Both the position numbers and the translations under genes were made by a program. From assembly GCF_006345805.1 (NCBI RefSeq), contig NC_042997.1, positions 209,312,001-209,376,000 of the forward strand: 64,000 nt of DNA, given 5' to 3'. Source of the DNA: Octopus sinensis. Taxonomy: Eukaryota. Shown piece by piece: positions 37,680-49,467 of this stretch; position 1 is the stretch's first letter, and each line of letters opens with the position of its first letter. The notes beneath the pieces were generated by a model. It worked only from the letters and a program-made list of their open reading frames with translations. It was not told the origin of the DNA and searched no databases.

Positions 37680-38519
37680 ACGAGCATATGGCGTAGTGGT
37701 TAAGGCTGGAGGGTATATCAGCCGAAACGTTGTGTTAACAACGAACAAGATGAGGACAAATATCCGTCGAATGTTTTTATTTCATTTTCCGCTCACAACG
37801 TGGCGGTCACGGTATCTTCAAATAGTTGTGTATTTTTTGGAATTCGCGTTGGTAAACAATCTTCATGGCCTAATCTCTTGGATGGTATATACTCGGCGAG
37901 CTGGCAGAATCGTTAGTGCGCTTGGCGAAATGCTTAGCCGTATTTCGTCTTTCGTTACGTTCTGAGTTCAAATTCCGCCAAGGTCGACTTTGCCTTTCAT
38001 CCTTTCGGGGTCGATAAATTAAGTACCAGTTGCGCACTGGGGTCGGTGTAATCGACTTAATTCCTATGTCTGTCCTTGTTTGTCCCTTCTGTCTTTAGCC
38101 CCTTGTGGGTAATAAAGAAATAGGTATATACTCCATCTTAAAGTCGCAATTCAACAAAATCGTACCCAGTGTTGTCACCTATTTTGCATTATGGGTAGGA
38201 ATTCCTTTCTTCGAACCAAAACTTGGTAACAATGCTTGGTGATCGGTTTGACCAATTCCACTCCCAGTCCTTGTTTCGTAAATTTATTATCGGAGCTCTC
38301 AATTCACCCGTATTTACTCTTTTACTTGTTTCAGTCATATGACGGTGGCCATGCTGGAGCACCGCCTTTAGTCGAGCAAATCGAACCCTAGTACTTATTC
38401 TTTGTAACTTTTTAAGTTACAGGGACATAAACACACCAGCATCGGTTGCCAAGCGATGTTGGGGTGTGACAAACACTGACACACAAACATATACACACAA
38501 ATATATATATATATATACT

Positions 38520-39005
38520 ACAAAATTAGAAAATGGAGAAACATACTTAAATCAATAAAACATCAACTATCAGATGATACCCAATCAATACTTTATTACA
38601 CCATTACATATCAGTAAAGGCATTATACAAAATATATAGTAAATATAAATAGACAAGGAAATAGAAATATAAAATATAAAATATAATATGTAATTATATC
38701 ATATCTGACAGCTGTTTCGGCAGTAAGGGCAGTCATACCTCATTTAACCTATAAGCCATAAAGGCGGGTATAAATGAGGCATTAACAAGGATGCCCCACG
38801 GCCTCTTCAGAGAATTTAATTTGTTATAATTGTGAAAAAATTATTTTTCCATATACATATAAATATAAAAATATAAAAATGTAAAATATAAAAACTTGTG
38901 CATAACTCCATAATGCTACACATATATAATACTCATTGATACAATAATGCAAGGTAAACAAAACAAAATAAAACAAAATATATATCAGTGTATATATTAA
39001 TATTA
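38520..39005 (-). mobile_element. PLE-like element inserted in the central (TA)n of a SINE B copy
   Basis: Separates the SINE B 3' half (38315-38490) from its 5' half (39012-39178) and contains an HHR. Confidence 0.65.
38704..38813 (-). ncRNA. Hammerhead ribozyme with extended stem II
   Basis: tct-CTGAAGA-ggc..ggggca..gcctcattt......aaatgaggt..tgccct..gcc-GAAA-CAGCTG-TC-aga. Confidence 0.65.
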
Positions 39006-39289
39006 CATATATACGACGGGCTTCTTTCAGTTTCCATCTACCAAATCCACTCACAAGGCTTTGGTTGACCCGAGGCTATAGTAGAAGACACTTTCCCAAG
39101 GTGCCACGCAGTGGGACTGAACCTAGAACCATGTCGTTGGTAAGCAAGCCACTTACCACACAGCCACTCCTGCGCCTATTTGGTGTCTAATTTTTATAAT
39201 AATTCGCTAGACCTAGCAAAGCTTGTAAGGCCGTCGTCCATTCCTGTCGATAATTTGTCCTAAATACTTAATTTTAGGTTACTTAGATA

Positions 39290-39776
39290 ACTTAGATATG
39301 TTTCGACCAAAGATTGGTCCAGGCCATGTCTAACTTAATAGCACCACCTGATAGGATTATTCGAATCCTGTTTAAGTCAAGTTTTGTTTAAGTCAAGTTT
39401 TGTTCAAGTAGTGAGTTCTTGTTGGGTGAGTTGTATCCAATTATGGGTGGCTTATCTGTATTCATTGAAAGAATCTATCCAGACTCCGTTTAAAGTTGAT
39501 GGGATCCTTTTCCTCTTTGATCTCCCTCGGAACAATGTTAAATAGGGCAGGGCCTGTTGAGGAAAAGAAATTATGTTGCAGTGTACATGTATGTTGTGAT
39601 CTTGAATTGGGCAGGGGACGTATGGCCCGTGGTCCCAGTCTTGGATGAACCTTGAAGCTAATGTTTAGGTCGTTTGGGCAAAGTTGGCGGTATATTCTCC
39701 ACATCGTACAAATGATGTACCGCTCACGGCGACGCTGGAGGGAGTAAAGTTTCAAGGCTTTAAGACGATCCCCGCC
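39290..39776 (-). mobile_element. CR1/L2-like LINE 3' fragment, copy 2
   Basis: DRLKALKLYSLQRRRERYIICTMWRI...FKRSLDRFFQ. Homologous to 13217-13694. Confidence 0.75.
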
Positions 39777-39786
39777 CAAAAATACC

Positions 39787-40495
39787 CGTTTTTCCTCACT
39801 CAGTGTGAAACTGTAATCTCTTATTTTACCAAAAACACATTTTACCTGCTCGACATGCTGATCACGAGACTCACATTTAATTAATTTATCATTCAGGTAT
39901 GGAATTATGAATTCACAGTCAGCTAACATTGCATCCATAACTTGTTGAAAAACTGCAAGGGCAACCTTAATGGTAATCTCTTATATTTATATAGTCCTTT
40001 CTCTTTCTCTCTTTTTACTTGTTTCAGTCATTTTGACTGCGGCCATGCTGGTGCACCGCCTTTAATCGAGCAACTCAACCCCGGGACTTATTCTTTGTAA
40101 GCCCAGTACTTATTCTATCGGTCTCTTTAGCCGAACCGCTAAGTGATGGGGACATAAACACACCAGCATCGGTTGTCAAGCAATGCTAGACACACAAACA
40201 TACACGCACATACATATATATACATATATACGACGGGCTTCTTTCAGTTTCCGTCTACCAAATCCAAGGCTATAGTAGAAGACACTTGCCCAAGGTGCCA
40301 CGCAGTGGGACTGAACCCGAAACCATGTGGTTGGTAAACAAGCTACTTCCCACAGCCACTGCTGCGCCTTTATGTCCTTTATGCGTATTCACTGTTAGGT
40401 ATTCTGAGCATTCCTCGTCGGCTCTAATTTGTAGGTTCGCATCAGAGAGATCCAGTTGCGAAAATATCTTGCCTCCGTTTAACTTCGCAACGAAC
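39787..40495 (-). pseudogene. Ty3/Gypsy reverse transcriptase fragment interrupted by SINE B
   Basis: LNGGKIFSQLDLSDANLQI...LTVNTHKG|LYKYKRLP...VFQQVMDAML...PYLND (degenerate YLDD). The SINE is bounded by the duplicated GTCCTTT at 39994 and 40374. Confidence 0.8.
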
Positions 40496-41275
40496 TTTAA
40501 TAACATCTCAACAATTTCCTGCGACTCCACGAACGACACCTTTCGACTTCTTGCGATTTCTCATCCCTCGGTTTCTTTATTAGCCACAAGGGCCCAAACA
40601 TTGAGGGGGACAGACAGGACACCACAGAGGGGACAATACATAGAATGAATATGATTAAATGATTATACAATAATAGGGTTATGAATGGCTGCATGCGCCC
40701 CTCATCACATGCATTACCATTAATCTTTTGAAACTGTCCGTTTTTATCATGTATTTAACTAACAATTAATTATCGTCTGCCATTACAATTATTTGAACCG
40801 TTCTATGGTCTCCGAAATTGTTCTTCTATTTTCCGATATCATTAAACGCGCTGCTACTTATACGAGTTCAGCTAGTCCATTCTCACGGGGGGGAGGGTCA
40901 CGATCCTCACCATTACACAAGCCATTACACATAGAGGGGACAAACAAGGACAGACATAGGTATTAAGTCGATTACATCGACCCCAGTGCGTAACTGGTAC
41001 TTAATTTATCGACCCCGAAAGGATGAAAGGCAAAGTCGACCTCGGCTGAATTTGAACTCACAACGTAATGGCAGACGAAATACCGCTAAGCATTTCGCCC
41101 GGTGTGCTAACGTTTCTGCCAGCTCGCCGCCATTACACATACCACCTATAAGAAATGAAACAGGTTTTGGAAGTTTTTAAAGAATTATTTGAATGTTCTT
41201 TGGAGTTAATAATCTTGAAAAAGATTTTATTGTAATAATGTATTTTGGATATGATAAATTTTGGAAGCTTATTAC

Positions 41276-41314
<39 letters not shown>

Positions 41315-41317
41315 TAC

Positions 41318-41358
<41 letters not shown>

Positions 41359-41359
<1 letters not shown>

Positions 41360-44300
41360 TTTTTTTTTCTTCTTTCAAATTTGCTTCCATTTCTTGCCGA
41401 GTGTCTTCCCGACTCCTAGGGCAAAGAAACTCATAGTATACATTGGTAGGCCATTAAACCAAACTCAGTAGTTCGTTCATTTTTTTTTTTTTTTTTTAAA
41501 TACATGAGCAGCAACAGTTCTCACATCGACAATGCTCTTCTCAATACGTGTGATGTACCAGTTAAGACAATCTTTTGCACTTCTTGCAGGGATGGTAAGC
41601 CAGGGATCATTCTCATATAATTTTCGGTTCCCTTCTTGATCATTCCTAGTGCTCCTACGATCACTGGTATTGTAACCGCCTTGAGATGCCACATTTTCTC
41701 AATTTCAATGAGTAGGTCTTTATATTTTCTGAGCTTGTCAAACTCTTTCGCTGAGATATTATGATCACAGGGGATGCTCATGTCGATCAATAAGCAAACT
41801 TTATTGTTTTGGTCTTTCACAACAATATCTGGTTTATTGGCCTTGATGGTTCGGTCTGTATGTACTGGAAAGTCCCACAGAATGGTTACATTTTCTCCTT
41901 CAGTTACAGCCTCAGGGTGGTGATTATACCACTTGTCGGCAGTTTTGATATTGTAATGCCGACTTATTAGCCAGTGGAGATATTGGCCAACTCTGTCATG
42001 TCTTAATTTATACTCCACTGGTGCTAAGACTTTACATCCAGAGATTAGGTGGTCCACTGTTTCAATCATGTCGTTGCAGAATCGGCATTTTGGGTCTGCT
42101 CCATTTTTCATCACATTGACCTGGTAGTTCCGGGTTAATAGGCTTTGATCTTGAGCAGCCAGGATGAAACCTTCGCTCTCTGCTTTTAGCCCTGAGCTCC
42201 GTAGCCACTGATGGGTTTGCTTCTGGTCAACATCAGCTTGTTTGCTGCGGGTCACATATTTGCCGTGCAGAGGTTTCTCCTCCCACCTATCAGCCAATTG
42301 CTCGTGCGCTTTCTTCATTGCCATCATTTTCACCTTCTTTGCAACAATAGTTGCCGTACTTCCCTCGGGTTGTTCAGTTTGGGTATCCTGCACGAGATCA
42401 ATAGCAAATTTTTTGCTTTCCTTTATGATAGAATGAAGCTTCTTTCGTCTCTCGTGATTTTCTACGAGCTTTAGCATCCAGTCATTCGATATTTCGAGAT
42501 ATTTGGCCAGTCCAATTGTGGTTGTTTTGTAAGCTAGTTCAAATTGGATCAGGCCTCGACCTCCTTGGGCTCTGGGAAGGTAAAGGCGATCTACGTCTGC
42601 CTTTGGGTGGTGCATCCTATTACAACTCAGCAGCTTGCGTATTTTTCTATCTATATTCTTTACTTCACTCATATTCCAGTTCAACACATTGTAGCTATAA
42701 GTAACAACTGGAACTGCTAAGGAATTTATAGCTAACACCTTGTTACGTGCATTTAGTTCAGATTTCAGGACTGCACGAACTCTCCTATAACATTCCTTCC
42801 TGATTTTCTCTTTCATGCTTGCATGCTGAATACCAGAGCCTTCATTTATCCCTAAATATTTGTATGTTTGTTCTTGCTCAAGCTCTCTTATGACTGTGTC
42901 AACATCTAACACGACTGAATTTGTGGTCTTCACTTTCCCTTTCTGGAAAGTGGCCTTGGCACACTTCTCAAGTCCAAACTCCATCCCGATGTCATCGCTG
43001 AATGCTTTCACGGTGCGCAATAGGCCTTCAAGTTCATTATTGTCTTTACCATAAAGTTTTAAGTCATCCATATAAAATAGATGGCTTATTTTTTTATTGG
43101 CAATTTTATACCCATATCCTGTTCTGTTTAATTCACTTGTAAGGGGTATTAGGGCTATGCAGAATATTAAAGGTAAAAGTGAGTCACCTTGAAAAATTCC
43201 ACAGTTGATGTTTATATTTTCTGAGGCAAGTACTCCATTAGAGTGGTATAATTGGAGATTCGTATTCCACAACGACATATTGTGCTTCAGGAAGTTTGAA
43301 ATCACAGGGGAAATTTTGAAGATGTCCAGCGATCTCAAGATCCATGGATGCGGTATACAGTCGAAGGCCTTTTTGTAGTCAATCCATGCGGTGCTGAGAT
43401 TTCTGCGCTTGTTGTGACAGTTCTCAAGGATCATACGATTGATTAGCAGTTGATCTTTGCATCCGTAAGAGCCTCGGCGGCACCCTTTTTGTTCAATGGG
43501 GAAAATATCGTTCTTCTCCATGAATGCATATGTTTTCTCCGCCAGGATAGATGTTAGGATTTTATACGTGGTGGATAGACAGGCCGATAGTTTTTTGGAA
43601 GGTTGGTTTCGTTATTCTTTGGGAGTAGGTAAGTAATGCCACTTGCTAACCATTCAGGTGTTTTCTTTGGGTCTCTCATAATTCCATTAAGCAGCTGAAC
43701 TAGCTTACCGTGTGCGCATGGGAGCGATGCGAGCCAGAAATTAGGCACCCTATCTTTACCGGGGGATTTCCAATTATGGCCTTCGTGAGTGCCTTTCTTA
43801 GGTCTGCTATTGTGATGTCTTCCCATGCTTGTTGTTGTAAATTTTGGTAGGATCCTTCAGTTTGTATAATCCAGTCTGCATTTATGTTGTACGTCTTCTT
43901 GTCACTCCAAATCCTTTTCCAAAAGTTTTGAACTTCTTCCATGGGAGGGGGGTCTTTAACGGTTACTTTCTCCTTCCCTATTTCTCTGTAGAACTTTTTG
44001 GCATTGGATGTGAACAGCTTATTTTGCTAAAACTTGTTTCTCTTCTCAAATCTTCGTATTCTTGGGCTTTTGCTTGGACTTTTGTTTCAGCGTTTCTTTA
44101 TTGATATCAGTTCTTCTCTTGGTGAGGATCCAAATTTTCTCTTCATCTTCCTGTTCTGGATCTTACATCATTTCCACATATTAGTTCATTTAATATTGAT
44201 ATTTCCCCTCTCATAAATTCAATCTATTTTTCAATTTTACTTCTCCAGGTTTGATTTCTTCCCAGGTTTTGTTTTCTTTGTTTTTTTTCGGGGCATACAG

Positions 44301-45077
44301 CTGGTTTCAATTGCCCTAGCAGAAGCGTAAATAATTTCATTTAACTCAGTAAAATCAGTTTTAATTTCGTATTATTTCATTTGTTACATAGTTGCCAATT
44401 TGGATTTGTTTTTTATTTTGGTTTGTATTTGAGAGTTTATGAAGTGGTTCTCTATCATTCATACTTGTATGTCTTACAACTTCAAGCGTATTCAGGATTT
44501 TCTGCCTCATTTCTGCCATAGACTCTCTGTGTTCTTCAGCAAATGCGAGATCTTCAGTTACTGTGTTTTTTCGTTTCCTGGCTATCTTTAACAGGTACAT
44601 ATAGAATTTCTTGTATCTTCAGGCCTTTGCGTACTTTGGTCAGATGGCAGTCTTTCAATTAAGCCTCGTGGCGGGCTATACTGTTCATCTGATTCTTCAT
44701 TCCTTTGTGTCTTATATTTATGTCATTTTCCGTTGCGTGCTTGATCGCGCTTATTTCACTGTCTGTGAGTCTGTTATTTCTAAGGATATCCCTCCTCACA
44801 TTTGCTAATTTGTTCTCGTCCAAATAGGGCCTACTGTCTTGATTCCGTGTTCTCCATATACTGTAAGAGTTTGCGGTGTGTCTCTCTTGAGATGGCCTAC
44901 CTAATGCATAGTAATAAGCGTATATTACTTCTTTATACTCTTCTCGGGTCCATTTGTTCCGCTTACATTTTTCTTTCTGTGGTGGTTGTGGTGGTGAACT
45001 TGGAGGGCTCGAGTTGGGGGATTTCCCGTTCAAGTGACCATCCATGTCCGTATTTGGAGAAGAGTTTGTGCCAGTTG
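41359..45077 (-). mobile_element. Near-full-length R4/Dong-clade non-LTR retrotransposon inserted in (TAA)n
   Basis: About 3.7 kb with a single frameshifted ORF starting at ATG 45045 and a short 3' UTR with A-rich end. (TAA)n on both sides (41271-41358 and 45078-45180). Confidence 0.9.
41521..43521 (-). CDS. Retrotransposon RT plus CCHC knuckle plus restriction-like endonuclease (uninterrupted C-terminal 666 aa)
   Basis: EQKG, WIDYKKAFD, GIFQGDSL, LFYMDDLKL, GGRGL, CRFC...ETVDHLISGC, RHD, KPDIV...LIDMSIP...KLRKYKDL. Upstream pieces are in ORFs 43554-43942, 44361-44600 and 44659-45045. Confidence 0.9.
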   Translation of the reverse strand: MEKNDIFPIEQKGCRRGSYGCKDQLLINRMILENCHNKRRNLSTAWIDYKKAFDCIPHPWILRSLDIFKISPVISNFLKHNMSLWNTNLQLYHSNGVLASENININCGIFQGDSLLPLIFCIALIPLTSELNRTGYGYKIANKKISHLFYMDDLKLYGKDNNELEGLLRTVKAFSDDIGMEFGLEKCAKATFQKGKVKTTNSVVLDVDTVIRELEQEQTYKYLGINEGSGIQHASMKEKIRKECYRRVRAVLKSELNARNKVLAINSLAVPVVTYSYNVLNWNMSEVKNIDRKIRKLLSCNRMHHPKADVDRLYLPRAQGGRGLIQFELAYKTTTIGLAKYLEISNDWMLKLVENHERRKKLHSIIKESKKFAIDLVQDTQTEQPEGSTATIVAKKVKMMAMKKAHEQLADRWEEKPLHGKYVTRSKQADVDQKQTHQWLRSSGLKAESEGFILAAQDQSLLTRNYQVNVMKNGADPKCRFCNDMIETVDHLISGCKVLAPVEYKLRHDRVGQYLHWLISRHYNIKTADKWYNHHPEAVTEGENVTILWDFPVHTDRTIKANKPDIVVKDQNNKVCLLIDMSIPCDHNISAKEFDKLRKYKDLLIEIEKMWHLKAVTIPVIVGALGMIKKGTENYMRMIPGLPSLQEVQKIVLTGTSHVLRRALSM

Positions 45078-45180
<103 letters not shown>

Positions 45181-45304
45181 AATACAATATTACCAATTGG
45201 TTTCATGCCAGAAGTTGAGAAATAACTAAGAAGGAGTGTAGTATGGCCTGGATCCTTTGAAACAGTGACAAAGAATCAAGCCATATTATTCCTCTCAGCC
45301 AGTT

Positions 45305-45560
45305 CCCTAAACAACCCTTCAGGGACTTTTTGAGCGGGATGGGTTACTCGATCTGAACAAAATTCTAACTGGGCCCCACCTGCAAGGTCATGCGCTGTTT
45401 ATCTAGATAAGAGATCACCATGTCGCGCACATATGGTTGTGATGCATGTGCCTGGTGTACCTTTATCAGACGGGTAGTCATGATGGGTATATTGGGCTTC
45501 GTATATTTTACCCCAGTGTCACTTTGATGGCATGCACTGCTCTCTCACTCAATAATAATA
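45305..45560 (+). mobile_element. TAA-tailed retroposon 3' fragment
   Basis: Homologous to 47970-48220 and ends CTCTCTCACTC(AAT)n. Confidence 0.7.
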
Positions 45561-45757
45561 ATGATGATGATGATGATTTCTTTATTAACCACATGGGTTT
45601 GCATTAACAATAAAATTATGGACAGTACAGGACAAAACAAAGAATGTGTGTGTGTTGATAATAATAATGTTTCCAATTTCTGGAACAAAGCGAGCAGTGA
45701 CCCTTAGTGATCGACTGGCACCGATATTATCGATCCCAAATGGATTAAAGGCAAAAT

Positions 45758-46766
45758 GATAATAATAATACTACTACTACTACTAATAATAATAGTAATA
45801 ATAATAACGGTAATAGTAATAATAATAATAATAGTAATAATAATAATAGTAATAATAATAATAATAATAATAGTAATAATAATAATAGTAATAATAATAA
45901 TAATAGTAATAAAAATAATGGTAATAGTAATAATAATAATAATAGTAATAGTAATAATAATATAGTAATATAATAATAATAATATAATAGTAATAGTAAT
46001 AAAAATAATGGTAATAGTAATAATAATAATATATAATAATAATATAATAATAATAGTAATAATAATAATAACAATAGTAATAATATAATAGTAATAATAA
46101 TAATAATAATAATAGTAATAATAATAATAGTAATAATAATAAATAATAATAGTAATAATAATAATAATCATAATAATAATAATAATAGTAATAATAATAA
46201 TAGTAATAATATAATAATAATAATAATAGTAATAATAATAATAGTAATAATAATAATAATAATAATAATAGTAATAATAATAATAGTAATAATAATAATA
46301 ATAATAGTAATAGTAATAAAAATAATGGTAATAGTAATAATAATAATAATAGTAATAGTAATAAAAATAATGGTATAATAGTAATAATAATAATAATAAT
46401 AATAGTAATAATAATAATAGTAATAATAATAATAATAATAATAGTAATAATAATAATAAATAATAGTAATAATATAATAATAATAGTAATATAATAATAG
46501 TAATAATAATAATAATAGTAATAGTAATAAAAATAATAGTAATAATAATAATAATAATGGTAATAGTAATAATAATAATAATATAGTAATAAAAATAATA
46601 ATAGTAATAATAATAATAATAATAATAGTAATAATAATAATAATAATAATAGTAATAATAATAATAATAATAATCATAATAATAATAATAGTAATAATAA
46701 TAATATAATAGTAATAATAATAATAATAAGTAATAATAATAATAGTAATAATAATAATAATAATAG

Positions 46767-46797
<31 letters not shown>

Positions 46798-47677
46798 GTA
46801 ATAATAATAATAATAATAATAGTAATAATAATAATAGTAATAATAATAATAATAATAATAGTAATAATAATAATAATAATAGTAATAGTAATAAAAATAA
46901 TGGTAATAGTAATAATAATAATAATAATAATAGTAATAATAATAATAATAATAATAGTAATAATAATAATAGTAATAATAGTAATAATAAATAATAATAA
47001 TAATAATAATAATAATAGTAATAATAATAATAATAGTAATAATAATAATAGTAATAATAATAATAATAATAATAGTAATAATAATAATAGTAATAATAAT
47101 AATAATAATAATAATAGTAATAATAATAATAGTAATAATAATAATAATAGTAATAATAATATAATAGTAATAATAATAATAATAGTATAATAATAATAAT
47201 AATAATAGTATAATATAATAATAATAATAATAATAGTAATAATAATAATATAGTATAATAATAATAGTAATATAATATAGTAATAATATAATAATATTAA
47301 TAATAATAATAGTAATAATAATAATAGTAATAATAATAATAGTAATAATAATAATAATATAATAATAATAATAATAGTAAATAATAATAGTAATAATATA
47401 ATAGTAATAATAGTAATAATAATAGTAATAATAATAATAATAATAGTAATAATAATAATAGTAATAATAATAATAATAATAATAGTAATAATATAATAGT
47501 ATAATATAATAATAATAGTAATAATAATAGTAATATAATAATAATAATAGTAATAATAATAATAATAGTAATAATAATAATAATAGTAATAATAATAATA
47601 ATAATAATAGTAATAATAATAATAGTAATAATAATAATAATAATAATAGTAATAATAATAATAGTAATAATAATAAG
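45758..47677. repeat. About 1.9-kb (AAT)n/AGT satellite
   Basis: Visible directly. It resumes at 48219-48495. Confidence 0.95.
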
Positions 47678-48218
47678 TACCAGGCAGTGGCTCTCATGGC
47701 TTCTGATCTTAACTGATTGGAAGTGTTATCATGTACATTGTTTAGTCTTGGTATAAAAGATGGGCTACAGCAAATATTCTGCTCAATACCACAGATTTGC
47801 TTGTCAGTTGTTTGACCTTAACCAGTTGAGCATGTCCCTTAGTGGCTGACGATATGTGCATCTCTGATCACGAGCAGAAGTAGTGGGGAAGCATCATAGC
47901 CATGTGTTGAGAGGGATTCTTTGGGGTTTGGATAATTCACCTCTGGAAACATGGGTGGTTCTTTCAACATCCTTAAACAACACTTATTCGGGGACCGTTT
48001 GAGCGGGATGGTTACTCAACCTGAAGAAAATTCTAACTGGGCTCCACCTATAAGGTCATGTGCTGTATATCATGATATGAGATCACCATGTCGTGCACAT
48101 ATGGTTGTGATGCATGCGCCTAGTGTACCCTTATCAGATGGGTAGTCATGATGGGTATATTGGGCTTCGTATATTTTACCCCAGTGTCGCTTTGATGGCA
48201 TGCACTGCTCTCTCACTC
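47678..48218 (+). mobile_element. TAA-tailed non-coding retroposon fragment (about 540 bp) inside the AAT satellite
   Basis: Complex sequence bounded by (AAT)n on both sides. Its 3' half is duplicated at 45305-45560. Confidence 0.7.
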
Positions 48219-48435
48219 AATAATAATAATAATAGTAATAATAATAATAATAATAATAATAGTAATAATAATAATAATAATAATAGTAATAATAATAATA
48301 ATAATAATAGTAATAATAATAATAGTAATAATAATAATAATAATAGTAATAGTAATAAAAATAATAGTAATAATAATAATAATAATGGTAATAGTAATAA
48401 TAATAATAATAGTAATAGTAATAAAAATAATGGTA

Positions 48436-48480
<45 letters not shown>

Positions 48481-49224
48481 TAATAATAATAATATTATTA
48501 TTATACCCATTTTCTAAATTGATAAATGAATGTTTCTGTTGGTTTTTTTGCCTCGTATGTATGTATGTAAGTACACACACACGCTGTATCGTCGCCCACT
48601 GGCACTAGTTAAATAGACTGAGTATACACAAAATGGAATGTCAGTCTGGCGAAAAGTACTATCAGGGTGGGGTGGGGGTGGGGGAAGGGAAGAGTGCAGT
48701 GAATATATTTCTGGAATGTTATCAACATTACTATCAAAAACAGTGAAATATTGTGAGCCGATCCCCGCCGCCATCGCCGCCGCCACCAGTGTATATAGGG
48801 ACATGATGATAGACATGGAGAGCAGAGTCCACTGTTGCTCTCTCCGTGTCCACTTTTACCGTCCATCACGACACTATTTTATGGCCGACAGTGGTCAACC
48901 ATAAATAAATATCGACTATTCAGACAGTTTGTCGCTCGGTCGGTCTCTTATCTCTTCTGCTGCCCCATACAGACGTGCACACCTATACCAATATATTTAT
49001 TTCGTACATATTTTTGGTATTTACATCCTCGTTTACTTGTTTCAGTCATTTGACTGCGGCCATGCTGGAGCACCGCCTTTAGTCGAGCAAATCGTGGATC
49101 CAGGACTTCTTTGTAAGCCTAGTACTTATTCTATCGGCTCTCTTGTGCCGAACTGCTAAGTTACGGGGACGTAAACACACCAGCATCGGTTGTCAAGCGA
49201 TGTTGGGGGGGGGGACAAATACAG

Positions 49225-49259
<35 letters not shown>

Positions 49260-49467
49260 ATATATACATACGACGGGCTTCTTTCAGTTTCCGTCTATCA
49301 AATCCACTCACAAGGCTTTGGTCGGCCCGAGGCTATAGTAGAAGACACTTGCCCAAGGTGCCACGCAGTGGGACTGAACCCGGAACCATGTGGTTAGTAA
49401 GCAAGCTACTTGCCACGCAGACACTCCTTACGTGTGTGTGTGTGTGTGTGTGTGTGTACGAAAGTTA

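Noticed and set aside
40500-40710. Possible LTR (TGT start on the minus strand) next to the Gypsy RT fragment
   Set aside because: No second LTR, primer-binding site or polypurine tract identified.
45704-48608. Poly-Ile/Leu/Tyr/Asn ORFs
   Set aside because: Translations of the (AAT)n satellite.
48640-48990. GC-richer unique segment with short ORFs and TTTATGG motifs
   Set aside because: No recognisable protein or splice structure. It may be regulatory, but this cannot be supported from sequence alone.
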